Assembly: GCA_964372205.1 (NCBI GenBank)
Contig: CAYJQB010000001.1
Coordinates: forward strand, 475,949-539,948
DNA length: 64,000 nucleotides
From: Candidatus Woesearchaeota archaeon
GTDB lineage: Archaea > Nanobdellota > Nanobdellia > Pacearchaeales > GW2011-AR1
Direction: 5' to 3'
Numbering within the stretch: the stretch's first letter is position 1; each line of letters opens with the position of its first letter. Position numbers and translations under genes: made by a program. Positions 8,704 to 18,510 of the stretch are shown in pieces. Below the pieces are notes generated by a model. That model had not been told where the DNA came from, ran no database searches, and saw nothing but the letters and a program-made list of their open reading frames with translations.

Positions 8704-11049
8704 ATGAAAGGATTCATTGTTGATGCCAGACACAAAACTCTAGAGGACAAGACATTTATTCAACTTTTCGGAAAATTAGAAGATGGAAAATCATTCTCCA
8801 CTTTAAATGAATTTCGTCCTTACCTGTTCATTGAAGAATCCAATTTAAAAAAAGCATCTCCTTTGCTAAAGAAGTTCCAAACTGAAAAAACCTCTCTAAA
8901 GAATTTTGCAGGAAACCCTGTAGTCAAGATATCTTCAGACACTCAGTCAGAACTTTCAAAACTTTTTTCTGTATTAGAGAAAAAAAATATCCCTACTTTT
9001 GAAGCAGACATCAAACCAACAACCCAGTTTATGATAGAGCATAATCTCTTAGGAACCTTAGAGATAAAGGGAGATTCCACAACAGAAGAAAGAGTAGACA
9101 AATTCTTCTTAGAGCCAGAACTCAAACCAGGAGAATACAAGCCGGAACTAAAGATACTCTCCCTTGATATAGAAACAACCTCTAAAACTAATGGAGACTT
9201 GTTTTGCATAGGACTTTACTCTAAAAACTATGTAAAAAATTTTGCACTCACAGAACAAAAAATAGTAGATACTGTAAGTTGTAAAACGGAAGTTGAGTTA
9301 CTCTCAAAATTCAAAGAAGAGTTGATAAAAATAGACCCAGATATAATAATCGGCTGGAATATAATTGATTTTGACTTTGCATACTTAAAGTCTAGATTCG
9401 AAAAACACAAGATTCCGTTTGACATAGGCAGGGACAATCAAAACATAAGATTAAGAATTGAGACAGGATTCTTCAGAAACTCCTCCGTTGACATTTCGGG
9501 AAGACAAATTCTTGACGCACTTTCATTAATAAGAGATCCTTTCATAAAAGAAGCTCCATCTATAAAAAACGCTAAATTTGATTCATTCACTTTAGAAGAT
9601 GTCTCTCAAGAAATCTTAGGAGAAGGAAAACTCTTGAAAGGAAAAAAACGTCACGAACAAATTGAAGAAATGTTCAACAACAAAAAACACAAAGACCTTG
9701 TTGAATACAACATACAAGACTGCAAATTAGTTTATGATATTGTCAAAAAAACAGACATGATAAACCTCGCAATAGAACGTTCCACACTAACTGGCATGCA
9801 ATTAGACAGATTAACAGCCTCAATAGCCGCATTCGACTCTTTATACATCAGAGCAGCCCATAAGAAAGGACTTGTTTCTCCCTCAAACAGATATTCTGGA
9901 AAAGAAGAGCGCCTTAAAGGCGGATACGTCATGGAATCCACTCCAGGAATTTATCACAACGTTATTGTCCTAGACTTCAAATCTCTATATCCTTCAATAA
10001 TAAAGACTTTCAACATAGACCCTGCCTCATTCCTAAAAATTTCTCCTAAGAAAAAGGATAAATCTAAAGTTGTAGAATCTCCAAACAACGCCTGCTTCAT
10101 AAATCAAGAAGGAATCCTCCCAGAAATAATTGAAAGGCTCCATCAGGCAAGAGAAAAGGCGAAAAGCGAAAAAAGAGAGCTTGCTTCTTATGCAATAAAG
10201 ATAATAATGAACTCTTTCTGGGGGGTGTTGGCTTCTCCAAATTGCAGATACTTCAACTTCGAAATGGCTAGCGCAATAACTTCTTTCGCAAGATTCATAA
10301 TCCAACTAACAGCCAAGAAAGTAGAAGAATTAGGTTATTCAGTCATATACAGCGATACAGATTCTGTTTTTGTACACACAGACGTAGGAAAAGAAAAAGC
10401 AGATAAAATAGGAAAAGAGATTGAAAATTACATTAATGAATTTTACAAGGATTATGTAAAAAATAACTATGAGAGAAAATCATATCTTGAGCTTCAATTT
10501 GAGAAGCAGTATATTTCATTCCTAATGCCTTCTCTAAGAAAAGCGGACTCTGAAATTGGTTCAAAGAAAAGATACGCCGGCCTTATAGAGAAAAATGGAA
10601 AAGAGAATATACAAATAGTTGGACTTGAAGCAATTCGAGGAGACTGGACAGAAGCTGCGAAAGATTTCCAGAAAGAACTCCTAAACAAAATATTTCACAA
10701 AGAAGAATTCGCCCAGTTCATCAAAGATTATGTTAAAAAAATAAAAGAAGGAAAAATGGATGACAAATTAATTTACTCAAAATCTATAAGAAAATCTTTA
10801 GAAAAATACACTAAAACAACTCCTCCTCACGTAAAAGCAGCAAGGCAACTAGAAACTCTTGATTCGAATGTGATAAAATACTACATGACTGAAGCAGGGC
10901 CAGAACCTATACAAAAACACAAACACAAAATAGATTATGAGCACTATATAGACAAACAGATAAAACCAATAGCCAACACAATCCTATTTTTCTTCCATAA
11001 AACCTTTGATGAAATAATCTCAAGTTCAACCCAAACAAAACTATTTTAA
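8704..11049 (+). CDS. polB: Family B DNA polymerase, bacterial Pol II-like
   Basis: Exonuclease motifs DIET / GWNIIDFD / YNIQD; polymerase motifs DFKSLYPSII, KIIMNSFWG, YSDTDS; Pol II-like GSKKRYAGLI and PPHVKAAR. Confidence 0.95.
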   Translation: MKGFIVDARHKTLEDKTFIQLFGKLEDGKSFSTLNEFRPYLFIEESNLKKASPLLKKFQTEKTSLKNFAGNPVVKISSDTQSELSKLFSVLEKKNIPTFEADIKPTTQFMIEHNLLGTLEIKGDSTTEERVDKFFLEPELKPGEYKPELKILSLDIETTSKTNGDLFCIGLYSKNYVKNFALTEQKIVDTVSCKTEVELLSKFKEELIKIDPDIIIGWNIIDFDFAYLKSRFEKHKIPFDIGRDNQNIRLRIETGFFRNSSVDISGRQILDALSLIRDPFIKEAPSIKNAKFDSFTLEDVSQEILGEGKLLKGKKRHEQIEEMFNNKKHKDLVEYNIQDCKLVYDIVKKTDMINLAIERSTLTGMQLDRLTASIAAFDSLYIRAAHKKGLVSPSNRYSGKEERLKGGYVMESTPGIYHNVIVLDFKSLYPSIIKTFNIDPASFLKISPKKKDKSKVVESPNNACFINQEGILPEIIERLHQAREKAKSEKRELASYAIKIIMNSFWGVLASPNCRYFNFEMASAITSFARFIIQLTAKKVEELGYSVIYSDTDSVFVHTDVGKEKADKIGKEIENYINEFYKDYVKNNYERKSYLELQFEKQYISFLMPSLRKADSEIGSKKRYAGLIEKNGKENIQIVGLEAIRGDWTEAAKDFQKELLNKIFHKEEFAQFIKDYVKKIKEGKMDDKLIYSKSIRKSLEKYTKTTPPHVKAARQLETLDSNVIKYYMTEAGPEPIQKHKHKIDYEHYIDKQIKPIANTILFFFHKTFDEIISSSTQTKLF

Positions 11050-11078
11050 GTCAAAAATTAATAAAATTAACACTGAAA

Positions 11079-11393
11079 ATGACTCTCGCAAGAAAGGTCG
11101 TAAAAAATGCATTGTTGCTAGGAACAGGAGCTTACTTATTCGCAAATTTAGGATTGTATGTAGCAGACAGAATTATATACAACTCACTTGAAAATTCTTT
11201 AAGCAGGGTAGCCCACGTAATGATTGATGAAAAATCCGAAACCACAACTGGCAGGTTATTTAGAGTAGGTTCTTTAATTGCCAGAACACAAACATTAGAA
11301 AGCGCAAGAGCTGAAGGAATAAACATTGAGGGTATAAAAAAATTTATAGAAGACTACCAAGAGGAAGAATCTCCAAGATTTACCTCCAGATAA
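11079..11393 (+). CDS. Hypothetical protein with N-terminal TM/signal
   Basis: 104-aa ORF with a hydrophobic N-terminus. Confidence 0.6.
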   Translation: MTLARKVVKNALLLGTGAYLFANLGLYVADRIIYNSLENSLSRVAHVMIDEKSETTTGRLFRVGSLIARTQTLESARAEGINIEGIKKFIEDYQEEESPRFTSR

Positions 11394-11452
11394 AATTCTA
11401 ATCCTTACGTTTAATCACCCTTAAACGCCCTTTTAACCTCATTTTCAACTTC

Positions 11453-11530
11453 TATATGCGGCGCGCTCGGCGCTTCGCGCCTCACATATAATTAAGGCAA
11501 TTATTTTTCGTGATAAAATACGCGAAAAAT
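11453..11530. repeat. Two adjacent intergenic inverted repeats (hairpins)
   Basis: TATATG.GGCGCG..CGCGCC...CATATA at 11453-11490 and ATTTTTCGTG..CGCGAAAAAT at 11503-11530. Confidence 0.65.
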
Positions 11531-11558
11531 TCTTAAACCCCTCGTATCTCCAGGGCTC

Positions 11559-11936
11559 ATGGGAAGAGCAGAGCTAATTAAAGGAGAAGTAAACGAGGAG
11601 ATACAATTTGAAGGGGATTTAGTATGCATTCATTTGCAAGACTATGAAGTATCTGCAATCCTTCAAGGAGTTCCTATTTTTACAACAAGTAATCCTCGAG
11701 AAGGAAAACACGCAGTTTTCACAATCCGTCTTGATAAAAAACAAGAACCCTATGTAAGAATTGTCCAAACTGCAGATCAGACTCCTCAGAGATACACCAT
11801 TTATCTTTCTGCTGATGGAGCAGAACTCTTAAGAAAAGAACACGGAGTTTACCAATTAGATATGCCTAAAAACGACATTACCAGAGATGAAATTTCTAAT
11901 TTTATGATTGATATACGAAAGTCCAATGTTAGATAA
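11559..11936 (+). CDS. Hypothetical protein
   Basis: 125-aa ORF with an upstream TATA-like cttaaa. Confidence 0.65.
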   Translation: MGRAELIKGEVNEEIQFEGDLVCIHLQDYEVSAILQGVPIFTTSNPREGKHAVFTIRLDKKQEPYVRIVQTADQTPQRYTIYLSADGAELLRKEHGVYQLDMPKNDITRDEISNFMIDIRKSNVR

Positions 11937-11988
11937 CAAAAAGTAAGTATTAAATTAAAAGTAAAAAATAAAAAAAATTAATTGAAGT

Positions 11989-12330
11989 TTATCTCCTTGC
12001 TAGAGCAAAAACATTCTTTATTGCAACGATTATTGTTGCTGGAACAAATATTGCCAACAAAGCTTCTAGGATATAGGATAGCATTGGAACAACGCTAACC
12101 ACATTAACTCCAAGTGCAGCAGCTATTATTAAAACTGCTCCTGACATCAAGAAAGGACTTGTCTCCTCGCTACCTACATTAAGGAATCCAACTATAAGTC
12201 CAATTACAACTAGGACAAATAGCATTGTTTGGCTAACTGGTCCAAAAGCTCCAAGCACTACTGCAAGGATTACGCCTATCAAGAATGCCCAGCTTCCCAG
12301 CATATTGCCGCTTCTTTTATTACGAGCCAT
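11989..12330 (-). CDS. Small 4-TM membrane protein
   Basis: GSWAFLIGVILAV...GFLNV...EALLAIFVPATIIVAIK; strong SD GAAAGGAGGT. Confidence 0.85.
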   Translation of the reverse strand: MARNKRSGNMLGSWAFLIGVILAVVLGAFGPVSQTMLFVLVVIGLIVGFLNVGSEETSPFLMSGAVLIIAAALGVNVVSVVPMLSYILEALLAIFVPATIIVAIKNVFALARR

Positions 12331-12335
12331 AACAC

Positions 12336-12350
12336 ACCTCCTTTCAGTAA
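12336..12350 (-). promoter_or_regulatory. Extended Shine-Dalgarno/leader motif TTACTGAAAGGAGGT
   Basis: Lies just upstream of ATG 12330; the identical 15-mer is upstream of ftsZ (49942-49956). Confidence 0.7.
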
Positions 12351-12397
12351 CAATTAGGAGAATTCATTATTTAAATAACTTTTGTAAAAATAGTATA

Positions 12398-13285
12398 CTA
12401 GAGCGTCGTAATAATACTGCCGTTTTCAGTCAAAATTACTGTGTGCTCTGCTTGTGCAACTTTTCCGCCGGAAGTTTCAACAAGTTGCGCATACTGATGC
12501 AATATTCCTGCCTGTTCAATCTGCCTAAGCGCAAGTAAGCCTCTCGCTCCAAACTTCTTGTAAATCCATCTTGAACAAAATGGAAGTGTGCTATACTCTT
12601 CTGCAATATAATCAAGCACCTCTCTTGCAAAATTATCTCTTACATTTCCATCTGCTTGCATTTGATAAATTCCAGAGGGTTTTCCATCACGAACCTTTCC
12701 AACCCCATTGGTAGCAAACGGCTCTATTGCATACAATCCTTCCTCAAGTTTAACTTCACTTTGATTATCATAATTCGGAATGCTAAGCCCTGCGTGTAAG
12801 TCATATTGTTTTATTTCATGCCCTGAAAGATTTATCACCGGAGTAAAATTTTCATTATTGATTGCACGGAAAATTGCAAGCCCGACATCCCTCAACCTCG
12901 CTCCAACTTTTGCAGTTTTTAAAGCGTGATCTAAAGCAATCTCTGCAGCATGAATAAGCCTTTTATTTTCCTCATCGTTTTCCAAATCAACAGAAAAAGC
13001 TGTGTCTGCAACAAAACCATCAACATGGACTCCTACATCAACTTTCAACAAACCATGAGCAACAGATTCATCGTTCCAAGAGGGAGTTGCATGCGCTGCA
13101 ACTTCGTTGATACTCAAGTTAACTGGAAATGCAGCCCTTCCTCCAAGTTCTACAATCTTAGAATCAATCTTTTCAGCTATCTCAAGTAATTTAGCTCCTG
13201 GTTTTACTATCTCTCTCGCGTAAGACATCACAGCCCTGACTATTTCTCCAGCTTTTTTGATTTTTTCAATTTCAGTTTGATTCAT
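12398..13285 (-). CDS. map: Methionine aminopeptidase type II
   Basis: AFPVNLSINEVAAH, KVDVGVHVDGFVADTA, NLSGHEI, AIEPFAT, AQAEHTV. Confidence 0.97.
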   Translation of the reverse strand: MNQTEIEKIKKAGEIVRAVMSYAREIVKPGAKLLEIAEKIDSKIVELGGRAAFPVNLSINEVAAHATPSWNDESVAHGLLKVDVGVHVDGFVADTAFSVDLENDEENKRLIHAAEIALDHALKTAKVGARLRDVGLAIFRAINNENFTPVINLSGHEIKQYDLHAGLSIPNYDNQSEVKLEEGLYAIEPFATNGVGKVRDGKPSGIYQMQADGNVRDNFAREVLDYIAEEYSTLPFCSRWIYKKFGARGLLALRQIEQAGILHQYAQLVETSGGKVAQAEHTVILTENGSIITTL

Positions 13286-13380
13286 TTTACTATCCCTTAA
13301 TTACTATTTATTTAATCTTATAACTATTATATAGTAACTACAATACGAAGATTTAAAAACCTTTTTCTCTCAGTTTAAAT

Positions 13381-13662
13381 ATGAATTACATAGAATTCCA
13401 TGAAGATTTTGTCTTGTTTAAAGACAAACAAGGAAGAAGGATTGCAGTATATGATCCAGCAGTAGATGGAGCTAAAGATTACGTAATAGACAGACTTAAC
13501 CTTGCTAAAGAAGGAAATCAGATAACCAAGGGCGGATATTTCAGATGTATAAGAGTTCTAGAAAATATAAACAGAAGAGTATCAAATAACAACCAAAGCC
13601 TTGACTCAACAGCAGAGTCTATTAAACCTGAAATAGTAATTAAAAGAAGAGATGTAGCTTAA
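13381..13662 (+). CDS. Hypothetical protein
   Basis: ORF with TATA atttaaaa about 25 nt upstream. Confidence 0.6.
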   Translation: MNYIEFHEDFVLFKDKQGRRIAVYDPAVDGAKDYVIDRLNLAKEGNQITKGGYFRCIRVLENINRRVSNNNQSLDSTAESIKPEIVIKRRDVA

Positions 13663-13854
13663 ATGACACAAGAAATAATAGAACTTACAGATATTGATGG
13701 CGAAGACAGAGGAGAATATTATCCAGGTCAGAAAGAAATAATTGGACGTATCTACTCCGACTACGAAGTTCAAAAAAGAAAAACCAGCTATGAAGAATCA
13801 GAGAGAATCAAATCTACTCAACAGATAAAACCTATCCTAAGATTGGTAGAATAG
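13663..13854 (+). CDS. Hypothetical protein
   Basis: Starts directly after the stop of the preceding ORF. Confidence 0.55.
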   Translation: MTQEIIELTDIDGEDRGEYYPGQKEIIGRIYSDYEVQKRKTSYEESERIKSTQQIKPILRLVE

Positions 13855-13855
13855 A

Positions 13856-14311
13856 TTACTTGCTCCTAATTCTTCTTTCATTTGGAACATAATTGAATAT
13901 CTTCTCCCCATTGGACACCCCGCATCCAACAAAATCATCTCCGAATCTTAAAACAACAGCTCCTTTTTCAGCAACAATCTCTAAATCGTGTCCTCTTATC
14001 CACTTCCCTAATTCCCCCTCATTTATCTCAATAATTCCTTTACTGATGTCTCCAGCAAGAATATGAACAGCGTCGTGGCTTAATCTATACCCCCAACCCT
14101 CATCTTTGAATAGATAAAGTCCAACAACTTCAACATTTGTTATCTCTCCAAGTTTCAATATCTCCTCTTTGCTCATGCTCCCAGCAAATCCTCTTATCTT
14201 TTCCTTTCCAGTCTCAAAGAGCAAAAAATGAGGTTTATCTATTCCAAATGTTTCTTTCAACTCAGCAAAGAGTTTTTTCTTCTCCCCAGGTTTCAAAAAT
14301 CTTACATTCAT
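13856..14311 (-). CDS. Stand-alone RsmF/NOL1 C-terminal PUA-like RNA-binding protein
   Basis: GLYLF...RLSHDA...WIRGHDL...VGCG...KIFNYVPNERR; in an operon with the m5C methyltransferase. Confidence 0.75.
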   Translation of the reverse strand: MNVRFLKPGEKKKLFAELKETFGIDKPHFLLFETGKEKIRGFAGSMSKEEILKLGEITNVEVVGLYLFKDEGWGYRLSHDAVHILAGDISKGIIEINEGELGKWIRGHDLEIVAEKGAVVLRFGDDFVGCGVSNGEKIFNYVPNERRIRSK

Positions 14312-14745
14312 TTTTTCCCCCTAAACACATATTTATTGAACATCTCCTTATGCGTGAATGCAATATCCAGTTTTTCTATATCTTTTTTGCTGAACCATCC
14401 ATAATCGTTTACTTCCCAATTCGGCTTGAACTTTCTTTCGACATCGACTGAATATACAAAAACAACAGCATGTAATCCCAATCGCTTTACAAATTCTTCA
14501 TGCACAAATTCCAGTTTTACTTTTTTAGTATTCACTCCGAGTTCTTCCTTCAATTCCCTTTTGATACAGTCCTCTGCTCTCTCCCACTTATCTACATGCC
14601 CTCCTGGAAGACACCATTTACCCCCTTCAGGAAGCATCTTTGCTCGCTTAGCAAGAAGTACCTTATCACCTTTTCTTATAATTGCTGCAGTTGCCACTTC
14701 AATCCTCATAGGCTTCATCAAAAAAGCTATTATTTTATCTTTCAT
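14308..14745 (-). CDS. NUDIX hydrolase
   Basis: Nudix box GGHVDKWERAEDCIKRELKEELG. Confidence 0.9.
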   Translation of the reverse strand: MKDKIIAFLMKPMRIEVATAAIIRKGDKVLLAKRAKMLPEGGKWCLPGGHVDKWERAEDCIKRELKEELGVNTKKVKLEFVHEEFVKRLGLHAVVFVYSVDVERKFKPNWEVNDYGWFSKKDIEKLDIAFTHKEMFNKYVFRGKK

Positions 14746-15716
14746 TCCCTAACTTCCTCCTTAACTTCATCAATCAATCTAAACTTTGTCACAAAAAATC
14801 CTTCTGAATCATTATCTTGAGGATAAATTCTGCAAGATTTCTCGACATTCTTGTCAAACTCTTTATTCCTCCAAGAAACAACTCCAGGCCTGCATTTAAG
14901 AGGTAGATTTATTCTTTCTACTTCAACAGGAAAATTTCTTAAAGCAAAATCAACAATAGCTTCATCTTCTTCAGGAGAATGAGTGCAAGTACTATACACA
15001 AGCTCCCCTCCAACTTTCAAACATTTTATAGCATTTGCAAAAAGTTTCTTCTGCTCCCTTCCCATCTTCTCAACAACTTTCACATTCCACATCAAAAACG
15101 TTTTAGGAGAGCTTCTAAGAGTCCCCTCTCCGGAGCAGGGAGCATCCAACAATATCTTGTCAAATCTATATCCTGCCTTTCTCATCCTCTGGCATAAAGA
15201 GACTCCATCATTCCTAGTTGCAATAACATTCATAACTCCACACCTCTCAAGATTAGCAGCTAGTATCTTCACTCTATCCAGTCTAATATCATTAGCAATT
15301 ATAGTCCCTTCGTTATTCATTGCTGCAGCCATTTGAGTTGTCTTGCTTCCTGGAGAAGAGCACAAATCCAGAACAAACTCTCCTGGCTTTGGATTAAGTG
15401 CAATTATAGACATCATACTTGATATCTCCTGTATATAGTAATAGCCTAAAAGATGTTCTAATGCGTTCCCAAGCTCCCCTGGAAGAAGCTCACTTTTAAC
15501 AAGCATTATTTCTTTATGATTTTCAAAAGGAATTTCAACATCCCACTTTTTCTTCAGTCTCTCAAATAGTTCTTCAGAAGAGATTTTAAGAGTATTACAT
15601 CTTATAAAATTTCTAGGTTTTTCGTGCACAATCTTGCTAAACTTCTCAAAATCTTTCTCGTCCCCAAGTAAAGCCCTCATCCTTTCCTCAAAAAGAGGTT
15701 TCATCTCATATACCAT
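14742..15716 (-). CDS. RsmB/NOP2/NSUN-family RNA m5C methyltransferase
   Basis: VLDLCSSPGSKT, ILLDAPCSGEG, LVYSTCT, GFFV. Confidence 0.95.
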   Translation of the reverse strand: MVYEMKPLFEERMRALLGDEKDFEKFSKIVHEKPRNFIRCNTLKISSEELFERLKKKWDVEIPFENHKEIMLVKSELLPGELGNALEHLLGYYYIQEISSMMSIIALNPKPGEFVLDLCSSPGSKTTQMAAAMNNEGTIIANDIRLDRVKILAANLERCGVMNVIATRNDGVSLCQRMRKAGYRFDKILLDAPCSGEGTLRSSPKTFLMWNVKVVEKMGREQKKLFANAIKCLKVGGELVYSTCTHSPEEDEAIVDFALRNFPVEVERINLPLKCRPGVVSWRNKEFDKNVEKSCRIYPQDNDSEGFFVTKFRLIDEVKEEVRE

Positions 15717-15757
15717 AACTAAAAAAGAAAAACAGAGGTTTTAAGGCTGTTGCTCAA

Positions 15758-15985
15758 TCAATGAGAATGAGTAATCTTGTAGACAGCCCAGCCCATTAAA
15801 ATCATTCCAATGATAAAGAAAATAACAAGTACAATTGGATTCCAAAATAGTTCAACCTCGTCCATTAATAACCATAAACTTCTGAATACCAAAACAGATG
15901 CGATAATCAAAAGACTTTCCCAAAATACATGCTTCTTCTTTTCCATAATCCTAATTGTTTTCTTTAATTTATAATCCTTATCCAT
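15758..15985 (-). CDS. Small 2-TM membrane protein
   Basis: Two hydrophobic helices. Confidence 0.65.
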   Translation of the reverse strand: MDKDYKLKKTIRIMEKKKHVFWESLLIIASVLVFRSLWLLMDEVELFWNPIVLVIFFIIGMILMGWAVYKITHSH

Positions 15986-16025
15986 AAACCTATATATTTT
16001 AAAACTCTCTAATTTCTAAAGAAAC

Positions 16026-18233
16026 ATGGCTGCAGTAGAAGCATTTATACCTTATTCAGAAGCCAAGCAGACGGTAGAAAAAGCAGTAAAGGAAAAGCCA
16101 AAACTAGAAGACCTTACTAAAGTTGAAAGGCCTGGAAGACCAGTTCCTGCCTCCTTGCCTGAAAAACCTAAGAGAAGAGCTTCACGAAAAAAACCAAAAG
16201 CAGATAATGTCAAAATAGAAGGAGCAAAAAAAGATTCTATCCTCATAATAACTGAAAAGCCTCAAGCCGCGATGAAGATTGCTTCAGCTTTAGGAAATGC
16301 AAAAAAATATACTGAAAATCGCGTTTCATACTATGAAGTCACGCACAACGGAGAAAAAATTGTTGTTGCTTCGGCTGTAGGTCATCTTTTTAACTTAACA
16401 TATTCTCAAGGTCAAACCGGCTGGCCAGTCTTCAAAATGGAATGGACACCTTCTTACAAAAAAGTTTCATTCACAAAAAATTACTACAACTTATTAAAAA
16501 AACTTTCAAATAAAGCAAAATCTTTCATTGTTGCAACAGACTATGATATTGAAGGAGAAGTCATAGGCTGGAACGTGCTTAGATTCATAGCAAAACAAAC
16601 TGATGCAAAAAGAATGAAATACTCCACTCTTACAAAACCAGAGCTTCTAAAGGCTTATGAAAATCCCCTATCCAATTTAGACTGGGGGCAAGCATACGCC
16701 GGAGAAGCAAGACATGAGGTTGACTGGCTTTATGGTATAAATCTCTCAAGAGCTCTAATGTCTGCGATAAAGCGTACAGGCTCTTTCAAAATTCTCTCAA
16801 TTGGAAGAGTTCAAGGCCCTGCACTAAAAATAATAGTAGATAGAGAAAAAGAAATACAAAATTTCAAATCAGAACCTTTCTGGCAAGTTTTTGCTCAAGT
16901 AAAGGACGTTCTATTAAAACACCCAAAAGATATCTTCGACAAATCTGAATTGAAAGAGTTTGAAAACTTGAAAGAAGGAGACGCCTCAACAAAAGAAGCA
17001 GAAGAGTCTATAGAGCCTCCACACCCTTTTGATTTAACAACACTTCAAAGAGAAGCATACAACTGGCACAAAATATCTCCTTCCAGAACATTACAAGTAG
17101 CTCAATCATTATACCTAGACGGACTTATTTCATATCCAAGAACTTCATCCCAAAAAATACCAAAGGAGATTAATCCTAAACAAATATTAAAGGAATTAGG
17201 CAAAAAATTCCCTCAAGTAAAACATGCTACAAGACAAATCCCTATTGAAGGGAAGAAATCTGACCCAGCACATCCATCTATTTACCCAACAGGAGAGTTC
17301 AGAAAGCTAGCAGAAGACGAAGAAAAAATCTACCAACTGATTGTCAAAAGATTCATTTCCTGTTTTTCTCCAGATGCAAAGATTATGAGAAAAAGGATTA
17401 CTCTTCTAAGTGAAGGGAAGAACTTCACAGCATCAGGAGCTAACATAAAAGAAAAAGGATGGATGAACGTCTATCCTGCAAGACTAGAGGAACAATCCCT
17501 TCCGGATATAAATGGAAGAGTGAAAATAGATAATATAAAATTTGAGGAAAAAGAAACTCAACCTCCTAAAAGATATACTCCTGCATCCTTGATAACTATA
17601 CTTGAAAGAAAAAGTCTTGGTACTAAAACAACTCGTTCTCTGATTATTGACACTCTATTCAACAGAGGATATCTCGACGGAAAATCTATCCAAGCAACTC
17701 CTTTAGGAATAAAACTCATTGAAACCCTTGAAAAACACTCTCCTATTATTATTGATGAGAATCTTACAAGAGATTTAGAAGAAAAGATGGAAGAAATACA
17801 GAACACTAAATCTTCTCCAGAATCTTTAAAGGAAAAAGGGGAAAAAATTGTTGCGAGTGTTGAAAAACTTATAACTGACATTTCAAAAGGATTCAAGTCT
17901 AACGAACTAGACATAGGGAAGTCTCTTCTCGAAGGAACTCAAGAGCTCAGAGAGATGCAAAAGGAACAAAACACTATAATGCCTTGCCCCGTCTGCAAAA
18001 CTGGAAATCTAACAATAAAATATTCTAAAAAAACCTCAAGATATTTTGTTGCATGTGATAAATATCCGGAATGCAAAGCAACATACAGCCTTCCTCCAAA
18101 TTCCCTGATAAAAAACACTGGAAAAACAAATGAAGAAGGACTTCCGTTATTATTAGCTATAAGAAAAGGAAAAAAACCTTGGGAATTCCCATTTGATCCA
18201 AACTGGAAAGATAAAGCTAAGCAACAAGATTGA
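16026..18233 (+). CDS. topA: DNA topoisomerase IA
   Basis: IITEKP, ATDYDIEGE (TOPRIM), SIGRVQGP, catalytic ISYPRT, C-terminal Zn ribbon CPVC...ACDKYPEC. Confidence 0.96.
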   Translation: MAAVEAFIPYSEAKQTVEKAVKEKPKLEDLTKVERPGRPVPASLPEKPKRRASRKKPKADNVKIEGAKKDSILIITEKPQAAMKIASALGNAKKYTENRVSYYEVTHNGEKIVVASAVGHLFNLTYSQGQTGWPVFKMEWTPSYKKVSFTKNYYNLLKKLSNKAKSFIVATDYDIEGEVIGWNVLRFIAKQTDAKRMKYSTLTKPELLKAYENPLSNLDWGQAYAGEARHEVDWLYGINLSRALMSAIKRTGSFKILSIGRVQGPALKIIVDREKEIQNFKSEPFWQVFAQVKDVLLKHPKDIFDKSELKEFENLKEGDASTKEAEESIEPPHPFDLTTLQREAYNWHKISPSRTLQVAQSLYLDGLISYPRTSSQKIPKEINPKQILKELGKKFPQVKHATRQIPIEGKKSDPAHPSIYPTGEFRKLAEDEEKIYQLIVKRFISCFSPDAKIMRKRITLLSEGKNFTASGANIKEKGWMNVYPARLEEQSLPDINGRVKIDNIKFEEKETQPPKRYTPASLITILERKSLGTKTTRSLIIDTLFNRGYLDGKSIQATPLGIKLIETLEKHSPIIIDENLTRDLEEKMEEIQNTKSSPESLKEKGEKIVASVEKLITDISKGFKSNELDIGKSLLEGTQELREMQKEQNTIMPCPVCKTGNLTIKYSKKTSRYFVACDKYPECKATYSLPPNSLIKNTGKTNEEGLPLLLAIRKGKKPWEFPFDPNWKDKAKQQD

Positions 18234-18510
18234 CTCTATAACTTCCGTTTTCAGTTTCTCTTGAAGAAGCATCAGGCCCATAAATGACTGTAGGTTTTGC
18301 AGTCACACTTCTTGAACATTCTCCATACCATTTAGAAAAGCCTCCATATCTGTCTCTTCTAGAATCATATCCCCTCTTACTATCATAAACGTCCTCTTGC
18401 CTGTCTCCTACAGGAACAACTGGCTCAACGGCTCTTAATCTAAAATCCCTAAAAAAAATATTAGGTGTTGTACACTCAAATCCGTCTACCTCTCCTATAC
18501 GAGAAACCAT
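18217..18510 (-). CDS. Hypothetical protein
   Basis: ORF begins immediately after the rpl15e stop. Confidence 0.45.
   Translation of the reverse strand: MVSRIGEVDGFECTTPNIFFRDFRLRAVEPVVPVGDRQEDVYDSKRGYDSRRDRYGGFSKWYGECSRSVTAKPTVIYGPDASSRETENGSYRVNLVA

Noticed and set aside
13315..13345. Imperfect palindrome TAACTA-TTATA-TAGTAA as a dif-like site
   Set aside because: Short, AT-rich and inside a divergent promoter; poor match to XerA dif arms.
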